From positions 32,001 to 96,000 of the forward strand of contig CAVUWV010000009.1 in assembly GCA_963745075.1 (NCBI GenBank): DNA of 64,000 nt, read 5' to 3'. Below are positions 40,521-50,810 of this stretch, one piece after another (within the stretch, counting starts at the first letter, position 1; each line of letters begins with the position of its first letter). Below the pieces are notes generated by a model that saw nothing but the letters and a program-made list of their open reading frames with translations, was not told the origin of the DNA and ran no database searches. The position numbers and the translations under genes were made by a program. Origin of the DNA: Candidatus Hydrogenedentota bacterium. GTDB taxonomy: Bacteria; Hydrogenedentota; Hydrogenedentia; Hydrogenedentales; SLHB01.

Positions 40521-42016
40521 GGCGCGGAATCCCGAAGCAGGTACAGGACATCACGCGGTGGCGTGTCGGGGTTTTCTGTGTCGTGATGGGAAACGACCAT
40601 ATCGCTGTGACCGTCGCCATCGAAGTCGGCGACAAAGAACTCGGAATTGGGGGTCGCGGGGGCCTCCGCATATGTGCTGTTCTCGAAGCCGTTCGGCGAT
40701 CCGAGATAGATTGCGATGCGATCCGGCCTATCGTGAACGGCCGCATCGTGGTAGCCGTCGCCGTCGAAATCGCCTTCCAGATTCAGAATCCCTCCTTCAT
40801 ACAGAATGTGCGCCATCTCCGACCACTGAATGGGTGGTTTGTCGAGTTCCACCTCAAATGTCTCAACGATACTGGGGGAGTCCGTGAACGTATTCGCTTC
40901 GGTCTGTAAGTATACGTGCGTGAGAAGATCGACCCGTCGCCGGCTGGTGACCCGCAACACGGTCTCGCGAAGGCCCCCGTCAAAGTACCCGGTACCCTGG
41001 AGCACCAGATCTTGACGGCCATCCTCATTCAAATCGACGATTAGCGGATCGGCAACGCTGGCGATCATTTGGAATGTTACGAAGTCCTTTCCGGCATCGG
41101 TCGACACTTTCACATTGACGATGGGCATTGGCAGCGACGAGTGATAGACCTTTCGCCAATCCACCTTAAGAAAATCGATCGTATCGTCATCGTTCAACCG
41201 AAATCCTCCGAACGACCGGCCTTCCACTACCTCGCTAGCGGTTTCGGTCGCTGGGCCAAGAACGAAGCCGTCGTTGTCCTTAAGAAGCAAGGTATAGCCA
41301 ACGGTGTGCAACCGGTATTCGCGTGGAAGAAGGTTCTCCCCGTAGACAACCGTCACGCGGTTACCTTCGAAACGGTACGAGCAATTGCGGTTTAGCGTGG
41401 GCGGTTGTATGACCCGTTCGCTCTCCGGCCACAGCGTGACATCGGTACGTGGTTCCAGCCGGATGGGGGGATAGATGTCCAGCACGCCAGCGGGTTCGAA
41501 GAAGGCCCCGTTTCGCCGGTAGACCTGTACGCCATCGGGACCGGGGAGGGCGATCTCCGCGACGCCATCGCCGTCAAGGTCAAACAGGTAGCCACCAAAT
41601 TGGTTAACGGCGGCCCGTCCGGCTTCCTGGGGTCCGTCGCCCGCGTCCAAATCCCCCGCACTCGGAAAGTCAATTTTCTGGCTCAGGACGCGTTTCCAGC
41701 TGGAGTTCTCCCAACGGATGACTTCCAAGCGAGCGGCCATCCGAAAGTAGATATCGCGATTCCACGCCTGGCATATTGCCGACTCTCCGAAATCAGGAAG
41801 TGCATGCCGGTTTTCAACCCGAAACGCCCCGTCCTGCTGAAACACGGCCTCGTCTGCAAGCAGCAGGTCTGCGTTACCGTCTCCGTCCAAGTCACAGGTG
41901 CGATAACCCGGGTTTGAGTAGCCGGAACCCGTTTCCCAAAATGTAAACGGCACCGCATACTCCTGCTCGACAAAGGCGGCCCCATGGAACGCCAGCATGC
42001 AGACGGCGGCGATCAT
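40517..42016 (-). CDS. Secreted FG-GAP/VCBS-repeat protein
   Basis: DLDGDGNADL, DLDGDGVAEI, DLNEDGRQDL, DFDGDGYHD and DFDGDGHSDM; ATGA overlap with the permease stop. Confidence 0.85.
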   Translation of the reverse strand: MIAAVCMLAFHGAAFVEQEYAVPFTFWETGSGYSNPGYRTCDLDGDGNADLLLADEAVFQQDGAFRVENRHALPDFGESAICQAWNRDIYFRMAARLEVIRWENSSWKRVLSQKIDFPSAGDLDAGDGPQEAGRAAVNQFGGYLFDLDGDGVAEIALPGPDGVQVYRRNGAFFEPAGVLDIYPPIRLEPRTDVTLWPESERVIQPPTLNRNCSYRFEGNRVTVVYGENLLPREYRLHTVGYTLLLKDNDGFVLGPATETASEVVEGRSFGGFRLNDDDTIDFLKVDWRKVYHSSLPMPIVNVKVSTDAGKDFVTFQMIASVADPLIVDLNEDGRQDLVLQGTGYFDGGLRETVLRVTSRRRVDLLTHVYLQTEANTFTDSPSIVETFEVELDKPPIQWSEMAHILYEGGILNLEGDFDGDGYHDAAVHDRPDRIAIYLGSPNGFENSTYAEAPATPNSEFFVADFDGDGHSDMVVSHHDTENPDTPPRDVLYLLRDSAP

Positions 42017-42804
42017 GCCTGGATGTTCCGGCGGCGGAGGGCGAAGATCGAGACGGCCGTGAAAACGGCGATGGAAACGAGGGAGGTGGCGAGGCAGTAG
42101 TAAAGCGTCGGGGTCCACGTTGCGTCCATGCCTTCGCAGTTCATGGTGAACACCTGCCACGGGGATTCCATGTAGGTCGAGAATAGAAACGGCGCAATGT
42201 GCAGGGGATACTTGACGGTGTCCAGCACGATCCAGATGCCGATCGCGGCGCCGACCGCCGCACCGGTATTGCGAACCAACGTCGAGAGCATCACGGAGTA
42301 CGCTACGGCGGCGAACTGCGGGGCAAGTACGACAGAAGCGCCCAGCGCATAGGTGGACGCCATATGCGTGCTGGTGAACAGCATTTCACCGCCGTACTCG
42401 ATGCCGGCGAGCTTGCCCTTGATCGCGGCGATGATCCACGTGGCGGCCGCCACAATGGCCGTCAAAAGCAGAGCGTAGGTCATGCCGTGCAACAGTTTGG
42501 CCAGTAGGAATTCGTGCCGGCGGAGTGGCCGAACCAGGATCAACCGGATCGTGCCGCTGGACATTTCCGATGACACGAGGCCCGCGCAGTACGTCAAAAT
42601 GAGCAACAGTCCGAGCAGATTCAAGACCATGGGCGTAGCAAACGCGATGAAGTTGTACGCGCTCGCGCTGTCGTCGGAGATCGGTTGGATGAACGGCGTC
42701 AGCAACGCCATAATCGCGACCAGCAACGGCCCCACAAGCGCCGACTTGGACCGTAAGGCCTTCGAGCACTCCACCAGGTAAGCGTTGATCACGCGTTGCA
42801 TCAT
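42013..42804 (-). CDS. ABC-2 type transporter permease
   Basis: SSEMSSGTIRLILVRPLRRHEFLLAK motif; ~6 TMs. Confidence 0.88.
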   Translation of the reverse strand: MMQRVINAYLVECSKALRSKSALVGPLLVAIMALLTPFIQPISDDSASAYNFIAFATPMVLNLLGLLLILTYCAGLVSSEMSSGTIRLILVRPLRRHEFLLAKLLHGMTYALLLTAIVAAATWIIAAIKGKLAGIEYGGEMLFTSTHMASTYALGASVVLAPQFAAVAYSVMLSTLVRNTGAAVGAAIGIWIVLDTVKYPLHIAPFLFSTYMESPWQVFTMNCEGMDATWTPTLYYCLATSLVSIAVFTAVSIFALRRRNIQA

Positions 42805-43700
42805 GAGTGGAGAACCTTGACGAAATAATCCTGCAAGGTGCGGCGCCGCGGGATCACCCCCGAGATGCGGTACCCTGCCCCGATTAAGAACGTCGTGAGC
42901 TGGTGGACCGATGCCCCATCCAGCGTGACGTTGACGCGCCCCGGCTGGGTCGTCGCTGAGGTCACCCACGGCTGTTCCCGCAAGCGTTTCGCCGCCGCTT
43001 CCGGCGCGTCGATGAGTACGTCGGCCTGATTCGGGTCGTAGGAAATCAGGCGGTCGGTCTCCTCGCACGCGAGCAACCGGCCCTGGTTGATGATCGCCAC
43101 CCGGTCGCACAGGATTTCCACCTCGTGCAGCATGTGGCTGGAAAGAATTATCGTCACTTTGGCCTCATCGGCGAGAAACCGCAACAAGCGGAGGATTTCC
43201 TGGGTGCTTTCGACGTCCATCCCACTCGTGGGTTCGTCGAGAACCAGGAGATCGGGCTCCGTCAACAAGGCCTGGGCCAAACCAAGACGTTGTCGCATGC
43301 CATGGGACATAGCCCCGACTTTTCGCCCCCCGAGATGGAGCAGGCCGACCCGGTCGAGGGCCCGGTCTACCGTGACTTCCTTGCGCGAAAGCCGGGCGAG
43401 GAGTTGAAGGTTACGCTTGGCCGAGAGATGGTTGTAGAACGACGGCCGTTCCACCATGACCCCCATGCGGGCCGAGACCTCCAGGAAGTTGCGGTGCAGG
43501 TCCTTGCCGAAGAGGCTGATTGACCCCGACGTGGGAGAAATAAGCCCGCACAGGGCCAAGAGCGTCGTGCTTTTTCCCGCACCGTTTGGTCCGAGTAAGC
43601 CAAACACCTCGCCTTCGCGCACAGACATGGTGAGTCCACTGACCGCGACCACCGAGCCGTAGCATTTTGCCAAGTTTTCCGTCTGCACACACGCAGCCAT
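42801..43700 (-). CDS. ABC transporter ATP-binding protein
   Basis: GPNGAGKST, MSHGMRQRL, LDEPTSGMD and SSH. Confidence 0.95.
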   Translation of the reverse strand: MAACVQTENLAKCYGSVVAVSGLTMSVREGEVFGLLGPNGAGKSTTLLALCGLISPTSGSISLFGKDLHRNFLEVSARMGVMVERPSFYNHLSAKRNLQLLARLSRKEVTVDRALDRVGLLHLGGRKVGAMSHGMRQRLGLAQALLTEPDLLVLDEPTSGMDVESTQEILRLLRFLADEAKVTIILSSHMLHEVEILCDRVAIINQGRLLACEETDRLISYDPNQADVLIDAPEAAAKRLREQPWVTSATTQPGRVNVTLDGASVHQLTTFLIGAGYRISGVIPRRRTLQDYFVKVLHS

Positions 43701-43817
43701 GCGGGGGATAGTAGCAAGTTCGCGACGCGCACTTCCAAACGCAGCCCGGAGTCTGGAGTCTGGAGAGGGCTGTCCGTGCTCGTCCGTGGCTGTCTATGCG
43801 GGTTCGTGTCCCGCTCC

Positions 43818-45515
43818 TCACCCCGCGGGCCGGATATCCTTGAGCACCAATTGCACGCTGGTTTCACCGCGCCACGTGTTGAACTGTGGCGAGAACGCCA
43901 CGTCCACCGTGCCCGACCCCGTCAGTTCGGGCAGCCGCTCTCCCATCCGGAATCCAATGGCATCCATGACGCGATTGCCGTTTCGCAACGCCACTTTCAT
44001 GTGGCCGCCGCGTAGTTCCCGCCAGGACCGCGGCAGCGGTTCCACGCCGAAGCTGCAAAACAGCGGAGCGGGGTTGGTGTTTCCGAAGGGTTGCAGTCGT
44101 TCCAACTGCGTGACCAGTTGGCTGTCGATTTCCGAGAGGCCGACTTGGGCATCGATGTGCAGTTGCTTCCTGAGATCGCCTTCGGGGAGCCGCTTGGCGG
44201 CCTCCGCCTCGAATGCTTCCTGGAAAGCCGCGACACATTCTTCGCGAATGGTGAGCCCCGCCGCCGCGGCATGGCCCCCGCAGGTGACAAGATGTGCGTC
44301 GCACGCGGACATGGATTCCGCGATATTGAACCCCGCCACGCTTCGCGCCGATCCCCGGCCGATGCCCTCGTCATCGATCCCAATCAATACCACGGGGCGA
44401 TAGTGCGTTGCCTGAATTCGGCTCGCCACGATTCCGATGACGCCGCGATGCCACCCCCGCCGGGCCAGCACGATGGTCCGCTGCTCCGGCCGGTACGTTG
44501 CTTCAAGTTCGCTTAACGCCTCGGCAACCGTTTCGTTCTCGAGATATCGACGTTCCTGATTCGCGGCGTCCAGTTCTCCTGCCAGCGTCTCCGCTTCCTC
44601 GATTGATTTCGTCAGTAGCAGGGAAAGTCCCATCCCGCCATCGCCCATGCGTCCACTGGCATTAATTCGCGGCGCCAATTGAAAGGCGATTTGTTCGGCC
44701 GTCAGGCTGTCGAGTTGCACCCCCGCGACCTTCGCCAGCATTCGAAGTCCCGGTCGTTCGCCCCGCCGTGCTTCGAGCAGCCCGGCGGCCACGAGATTGC
44801 GGTTTTCACCGCGCAACGGCACAACGTCTGCCACGGTCCCCAGCGCCACCAGGTCCAGGTCCTCGGTTTCCCCGGTCAACGCACGCGCGAGGTGGAAGGC
44901 AACGCCGGCGCCACAGATTTCACGGCCGGGGTAGTCCGGGGATTCACGCTGTGGATTAATAACTGCAAGCGCGGGCGGCAACGACCCTTCGATCAGATGA
45001 TGATCGGTGACGATTGCGTCGATACCGAGTTCGCCGGCACGCCGACAGGCGTCATGCGCGGCAATCCCATTGTCGACCGTCACGATAAGCGATACGCCTT
45101 CCTCTTTTGCGGCATCGACCCGGTCGGCGCTAAGGCCGTATCCGTCCACCAATCGATTGGGCATGTCGTAGCGACACGACGGGATGCCGAAACGCTGCAG
45201 CGCGCGAACCAACAACGCCGTGGCGGAAATACCGTCCACATCGTAATCGCCGAAGACCAAGACGCACTCGTTTCGGTCTCGCGCGTGTGCGATCCGGGCG
45301 ACGGCAACGTCCATGTCGGTCAACCGGAATGGATCGCTCAAACCGTCCAGCGACGGTTCCAGATACCGGCGCGCGCCGTTGGGCGTCAGAATTCCCCGTC
45401 CGGCCAAAATGCGGGCGATAATCGGATGAATCGAGACCTCGGCCGCAAGCGCGCGGGCAGCCCCACGATCGGCGTCGCGAACCGTCCAATCGATATGTCC
45501 GTTTAATCCGCTCAC
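43818..45515 (-). CDS. recJ: ssDNA-specific exonuclease RecJ
   Basis: GDYDVDG, TVDNG, TDHH, LGTVADVV, APRINASGR and GGHAAAAG. Confidence 0.96.
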   Translation of the reverse strand: MSGLNGHIDWTVRDADRGAARALAAEVSIHPIIARILAGRGILTPNGARRYLEPSLDGLSDPFRLTDMDVAVARIAHARDRNECVLVFGDYDVDGISATALLVRALQRFGIPSCRYDMPNRLVDGYGLSADRVDAAKEEGVSLIVTVDNGIAAHDACRRAGELGIDAIVTDHHLIEGSLPPALAVINPQRESPDYPGREICGAGVAFHLARALTGETEDLDLVALGTVADVVPLRGENRNLVAAGLLEARRGERPGLRMLAKVAGVQLDSLTAEQIAFQLAPRINASGRMGDGGMGLSLLLTKSIEEAETLAGELDAANQERRYLENETVAEALSELEATYRPEQRTIVLARRGWHRGVIGIVASRIQATHYRPVVLIGIDDEGIGRGSARSVAGFNIAESMSACDAHLVTCGGHAAAAGLTIREECVAAFQEAFEAEAAKRLPEGDLRKQLHIDAQVGLSEIDSQLVTQLERLQPFGNTNPAPLFCSFGVEPLPRSWRELRGGHMKVALRNGNRVMDAIGFRMGERLPELTGSGTVDVAFSPQFNTWRGETSVQLVLKDIRPAG

Positions 45516-46186
45516 CAGGCAGCCCTCACCAGGGCGACGATGGCTTCGACGGCTTCATCCGGTGTCATGTGGGTGGTATCCACGACCGTGGCGTCGTCGG
45601 CGCGCCGAAGTGGCGCGATTTCCCGCGTCATATCCTTTTCGTCCCGGGTCCGGATCTCCTCAATCAATCGTTCCCAATCCATTTCGATTCCTTTTTTCGC
45701 AAATTCCTCTGCGCGCCGACGGGCCCGTTCTTCAAGCGATGCGTCAAGATACACCTTGCATGCCGCATCGGGAAAAACGACCGTTCCAATATCTCGTCCT
45801 TCCGCCACCGTGGGCCCCTTGGCGCCGATCGCGCGCTGCAGTTCGACCAGACGCGCCCGGACACCGGCGCTCCGATCGAGTTTATGAATGTTCCGCGTAA
45901 CCTCCGGCGTGCGGATCGCTTCTGTGACATCCTGTCCGTCGACACGGACCGTTTGGCGGCCGCCGTCTTCGCGAAGATCCAGTTCCATTGCGCGCGTCGA
46001 GTTTTCCAACGACTTTGGGTCATCGAGATCGACCCCGAGGTGCATCGCCCGCCACGTGGCCGCGCGGTACATCGCGCCGGTGTCGAGAAAAGCGAAGTCC
46101 AACGCCTTGGCGGCCCGACGCGCGATGGTGCTTTTTCCCGCGCCGGCCGGTCCGTCGATGGCTACAATAAACTGCCCGTTCGTCAT
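45512..46186 (-). CDS. cmk: Cytidylate kinase
   Basis: IDGPAGAGKST, LDTGAMYRA and EGRDIGTVVFPDA. Confidence 0.97.
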   Translation of the reverse strand: MTNGQFIVAIDGPAGAGKSTIARRAAKALDFAFLDTGAMYRAATWRAMHLGVDLDDPKSLENSTRAMELDLREDGGRQTVRVDGQDVTEAIRTPEVTRNIHKLDRSAGVRARLVELQRAIGAKGPTVAEGRDIGTVVFPDAACKVYLDASLEERARRRAEEFAKKGIEMDWERLIEEIRTRDEKDMTREIAPLRRADDATVVDTTHMTPDEAVEAIVALVRAAW

Positions 46187-46201
46187 ATTCCCGTGGCGTC
46201 G

Positions 46202-48229
46202 CTACGAGGCGGCCATGACCTTCCCTTGTTCGCGGATATAGGTGCGGCGCTTATCACTTCCAGCAAGCGTTTCGATCATGCTGCCCTTAGGCAGCGCGGG
46301 CTCGTTCAGAAGATACGGGTCCGCATAGATCTTAACCCCCGACTCGAAGAGCCCCGTCACGCGGGGCGGCGTCCTGATTTCATCGTCCGCAGGCACCGCG
46401 ATTTGAAAATCCTTGCGTAACACATCGGCTACGTCGTGGAGTTGTTCGCCGAGCTTCTCTTTGGAAGCGACAAACTCGGCAAGCCGTTCCATGCGCGTAT
46501 TTACCGTTCGCAACGAAAGCTGCATGAAACTCGCCTGCATCCGCCGGCCGATCGTATCCGCGGGATCCTTCGCGCGGGCTCTCGCGGCGACCAGGAGCTG
46601 CTTGAGCAGCGCAACGGTCGGCAGTGCGCCGGACTGATTGTCCAGTACCTCCTTGGCCGTGAACACCTCCCGGAGTTCCGCCTCATACTTGGCGATATGA
46701 GCGCGCAGTTCGAGCGATTCCCGATCCCAGAAAGCGCGCCGGTCGCGCATTTGATGAAGCAGCGCGGCGGCCTTGCGAATATCGCTGGTCGGCGCCATCA
46801 ACCGTTCCTTCAGACCTGCGATGTCGGCCAGCTCTTCCGTTACGTCCTTGGCAAACCCGCCTTCCGCCTCGAGCTGCGCAAAGTCCGTGGTCATTTCATC
46901 GAATGACGAGGCTTCGTCGACTGTCTCATAATCGTCTTGCGACAGGCCCTTATATCGTTCGATGCGAGCCAGCTTTTCCTCGGCCATTTCGACGAGCGTC
47001 TCCAGCACTGCGCGAATTCGATTCACCTGCGCCAGCCGATGCTCGGCCTGCCCCAGTTTTTCCGCCACCGGATGAAGCTGGTCCTTGCCCGTCATGTAGA
47101 CGATAGCGTTTCGCGCGGCGTGTTCCGCTTCGGCTTGGGAATACTGAATGCGCGTCTGAAGCGCTGAGATACGTCGCTGCAACCCTGCGACTTGTGCCAG
47201 CAGTCGCAGAGCGTCCGGTCCGGGCTCCTCCCCGTAGTCCTGGCACGACAAGCCCGTTCGCAGGACGATGGCGAGTTCCCGCGAGTCGGATTGGCGAAAG
47301 CGCTCGGCCGTGAGTTCCCGCGATACCATGAATACGCCGCCGTATACGTCGCCACGCACGTGAATCTCGGGGGAGATGTATTTCCCCATAATCGCGGACT
47401 GTTCGATCCAGATTTCGGATCCGCCGAATACCAAATCCGGAGACTCCGATTGCCGGCAATGCACACCGCCCCATTTGGACACGACGTAGGCGCGGACGAT
47501 GATGTTCCGGGCACGAATGTTCCCTTGCCGGACGACGACCACCCCGGAAATGTTTTCGCGCACTTCACAGTGCTGCGACGCCGCGACTTTGCCCATGACG
47601 AACCCGTCGACACTGCACGACCCCTCTTCGATAACCAGCGTGCAGTTCTCCGGAACGCTTCCCAAAACCTTGAGGTGGCCGGCGCGGTGAATCAGCACGG
47701 GACCCCGGCCCTGAATGTTGATTCCAGCGAACATCTTGATCTCACGCGGCTTCGCGCCGACGATGTCTCGCTCCGTTACGACGTGCAGCCGGGTGGACAA
47801 TGCCGGGAGACGAGGGGTAACGCTCATCTTCTGGTGCCGGTCTTCCATGGCCGTGGCGTGCCGGTCCAACAACTGGATCACGCGTGCAAATCGGTCCGGC
47901 TGGTTGCACGACTGCGCCAACTGAAGCGTGGCCAACAGCATGTCCAGCTCGTCCCACGCCAGAAAACGCGCATTGCCGGCATCTAAATCATCGATCAGTT
48001 CGCGCAACACCCATTGGTGCCGCCGGCCTTCCGTCTGGAATTCGGCATTCGTGGCGAACGCCTTCCACGCAGTCACGCGAACAGGGATCTGCGCGCACGC
48101 CGTCAGCGCCTCGGGGTCTCCGGCCAACGATCGGTGCCAGGAATCGCAGATGGCGATATCCTGCAAGGTGACTTCCCCCACCTCCTCATCGGGAAGCTCC
48201 GAAACATGTTCGATGAGTCGGTCCAGCAT
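46202..48229 (-). CDS. Hypothetical protein, beta-helix plus coiled coil (FapA/DUF342-like architecture)
   Basis: 675-aa ORF tightly packed between mtnA and cmk; V/G-rich beta-helix-like middle, long helical region, and C-terminal VTGLFESGVKI. Confidence 0.6.
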   Translation of the reverse strand: MLDRLIEHVSELPDEEVGEVTLQDIAICDSWHRSLAGDPEALTACAQIPVRVTAWKAFATNAEFQTEGRRHQWVLRELIDDLDAGNARFLAWDELDMLLATLQLAQSCNQPDRFARVIQLLDRHATAMEDRHQKMSVTPRLPALSTRLHVVTERDIVGAKPREIKMFAGINIQGRGPVLIHRAGHLKVLGSVPENCTLVIEEGSCSVDGFVMGKVAASQHCEVRENISGVVVVRQGNIRARNIIVRAYVVSKWGGVHCRQSESPDLVFGGSEIWIEQSAIMGKYISPEIHVRGDVYGGVFMVSRELTAERFRQSDSRELAIVLRTGLSCQDYGEEPGPDALRLLAQVAGLQRRISALQTRIQYSQAEAEHAARNAIVYMTGKDQLHPVAEKLGQAEHRLAQVNRIRAVLETLVEMAEEKLARIERYKGLSQDDYETVDEASSFDEMTTDFAQLEAEGGFAKDVTEELADIAGLKERLMAPTSDIRKAAALLHQMRDRRAFWDRESLELRAHIAKYEAELREVFTAKEVLDNQSGALPTVALLKQLLVAARARAKDPADTIGRRMQASFMQLSLRTVNTRMERLAEFVASKEKLGEQLHDVADVLRKDFQIAVPADDEIRTPPRVTGLFESGVKIYADPYLLNEPALPKGSMIETLAGSDKRRTYIREQGKVMAAS

Positions 48230-48235
48230 GTGCCC

Positions 48236-49294
48236 CTAGGCGGAGATCGCAACCTGCCGCGCCATGGCCGCGATGGATTCGCGGTACGGTGGCCGCAGGA
48301 TGCCGTGCTCCGTAATAATCCCGGCGATGAGCTCATTCGGCGTCACATCGAATGCCGGGCTGTACACTTTAACGTTTTCGGGCGCGGTTCGCGTGCCGAA
48401 TCCGTTGGTTACTTCGTCTTCCTTGCGCAACTCGATAGGAATCCGGTCACCGGATTCGAGGGACAAATCGAAGGTGGATGATGGCGCAGCGACATAGAAG
48501 GGCACCTCATGCGCCTTGGCAATCAGCGCAACGTTGTACGTCCCGATCTTATTGGCGGCGTCGCCGTTTGCGGCAATCCGGTCCGCGCCCACCACTACAA
48601 GCTGGATACGGCCCTCGCGCATCACTTGTGCCGCCGTGTTGTCGCATATCAGCGTCACGTCAATCCCGGCGTTCATCAATTCCCACGCGGTGAGCCGGGC
48701 GCCCTGAAGCAGGGGACGGGTCTCGTCGGCAAACACGTGGAACGCGCGGCCCATTTCGTGCGCCCGAAACATGACCGCGAGAGCGGTGCCATAGTCGGCG
48801 GTTGCCAAGCCACCCGCGTTGCAGTGCGTGAGTACGCCATCGCCTTCCTGAATGAGCGCGGCGCCGTGTCTCCCGATCTCCCGGCAGGTCCGCTGGTCTT
48901 CTTCCAGAATGGAGGTCGCCTCCTGTTCGAGCACTTGAAACAGGGCTTCGGCGCTGGAGGCCTTCGCGTTTCTATCTGCCACCGCGCGCATGCGGTCCAA
49001 GGCCCAAAACAGATTGACGGCGGTGGGGCGGGACGTAGCGAGGTAGTCGGCCGTCTCCCGAACGGTCTCGAGCATGGCGGGCACGTCCTCAGGGGCGCGG
49101 TCCCGAACGCCGACGAGCACCCCGAATGCCGCGCATACCCCGATAGCGGGCGCCCCCCGAACGCGCAACGACTTGATCGCCTCCCAAACCTGCTCAGCCG
49201 TATCGAGCCGGATTTCCTTGAACTCAAGCGGTAGCAGCGTCTGATCGATGATAAAGAGCTGACCGTTCCGCCATCGCAATGTCGCCTGTGCCAC
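48236..49294 (-). CDS. mtnA: S-methyl-5-thioribose-1-phosphate isomerase
   Basis: DQTLLP, VRGAPAIG, SRPTAVNL, THCNAG, ETRPLLQGARLT, GADRI and NKIGTY. Confidence 0.96.
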   Translation of the reverse strand: MAQATLRWRNGQLFIIDQTLLPLEFKEIRLDTAEQVWEAIKSLRVRGAPAIGVCAAFGVLVGVRDRAPEDVPAMLETVRETADYLATSRPTAVNLFWALDRMRAVADRNAKASSAEALFQVLEQEATSILEEDQRTCREIGRHGAALIQEGDGVLTHCNAGGLATADYGTALAVMFRAHEMGRAFHVFADETRPLLQGARLTAWELMNAGIDVTLICDNTAAQVMREGRIQLVVVGADRIAANGDAANKIGTYNVALIAKAHEVPFYVAAPSSTFDLSLESGDRIPIELRKEDEVTNGFGTRTAPENVKVYSPAFDVTPNELIAGIITEHGILRPPYRESIAAMARQVAISA

Positions 49295-49370
49295 CTGGAA
49301 CCTCTCCCATTCCCCTTTAATCTACATGCTATAGAAGGCGAGGCGCAATGGCAAGCGGCATCGACGGCGG

Positions 49371-50670
49371 CTAATCCTCTTCGGGCGGCGGCTCTTGGAC
49401 CTTGACGCGTTGGTTTCCCAGTAACCAGCGCATGCGAATCAGCATACCGGCGCTGAGTACCGCGCCCGACCGGGCCAGAAATCGCCCCTCCTCGTCGTAG
49501 ACGTTCTCCGCGAGGATGAGTCCGGGCCGCACCTCCTGAACCGGCAGCTCCCTAACGTCTTCTTCGGCGGGCCCGACGAAGGCATGGCCTGCGCAACCGA
49601 TGGCGATTTCGACCAATTCCGGATCGTAAATCCGCCCGCGTCCCGCAAGGAGGTGTTTGCGAACTTCCTCGATCGGGTGTTTATCCCCGCTGCTGAACAT
49701 GAGATGCGTATCGCAGCCGTCCGCGATGCGGACGAGGCGCGCCCCCAAAGGAATTTTGTTGCCCTTGAGTCCTCGCGGAAACCCGGACCCATCATAGTTT
49801 TCCGCGTGGGCTTCAACAATCTCCGCGACCTTTTCCGCGCCGCGCACCTCGCTCAACAGCATCGCGCCAATTACGGGATAAGCCTCGAAGACTTTCCGTT
49901 CCTCCTCACTCAACATCCAGGGCGGTTTCATCCGAAGGAACGTCGGGCATGCCGAATTGGCCCACGTCGTGGAGCAAGGCGGCATACACCAGAGTGCGCT
50001 GCTCGTCGGCGGATAACTTGAGCTTCTCCCCCATGCACCCCGCCAGCTTCTCCGCGCGGGCTGCATGGCTGCCTTGGGCCGTTCCTGCCTGGTCGAACAA
50101 ATTAGTCAGGATTCGCAACGACCCGTGAAACCCTTCCTCCAATTCCTCTTTCTGGTGTTCCAGTTGCCGTATGGCCGACTCGAACGACGAGGTTATATCA
50201 GCGAGTTGTGTCCGCATCGCGTCCGACGCCTTGCCGATCTCTTCGGCAACCATCGAGGCGCCGTCGATCCCTGCACGAGGCGAGCGCTGTTCGGTTTGGC
50301 GCGCCAACAGGGCTTTGACTTTAGCGGCGATCACGTCGAAGGCGAGGGGCTTCTGGATAACGTCGGCAACGCCGCGCTTGATGAGATCGGACACCAACCG
50401 CGGTTCCATCACGCCGGTCATCGCCACGATTAACGGAGGCGAATCTCGCTCCAGTACTTCCATGATGAGTTGATGCCCATGCTTGCGCGGCATCCGGAGA
50501 TCTGTAAGGAGGATGTCGTATCGATTAGCCTCGAGCATGTACTCGGCGACGAGACCGTCTTCCGCGACATCGCAATTGATTTGTTCTTTTTGCATCGCGC
50601 GCGAAAGCAGGGCGCGGAATTCGCGAGAGTCATCCACCACCAGTGCGCGAGGTAATCGGTGCGGTTCCAT
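49371..50670 (-). CDS. REC + HD-GYP-like protein (one +1 frameshift at ~49938-49944)
   Basis: REC (VVDD, TDLRMP, QKP) and LLHDVG; the second frame continues HAENYDGSGFPRGL..IPLGARLVRIAD..YDP. Confidence 0.85.
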
Positions 50671-50810
50671 AAACGCTCCTCAGTCACCTGCGAACGAGAA
50701 AAAGACGAATCGGCACCGGAACAGCTTGTAGTATAACATAGGTGGATACGCTACATTTGTGCAAGTCGTTTGCGGTACCGTGGGAGCGTGTGATGACCGG
50801 GTTCCGCGAC

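Noticed and set aside
43748..43795. Short tandem GGAGTCT and GTCCGTG repeats between recJ and the ABC operon
   Set aside because: Only 2-3 units; too short to support a call.
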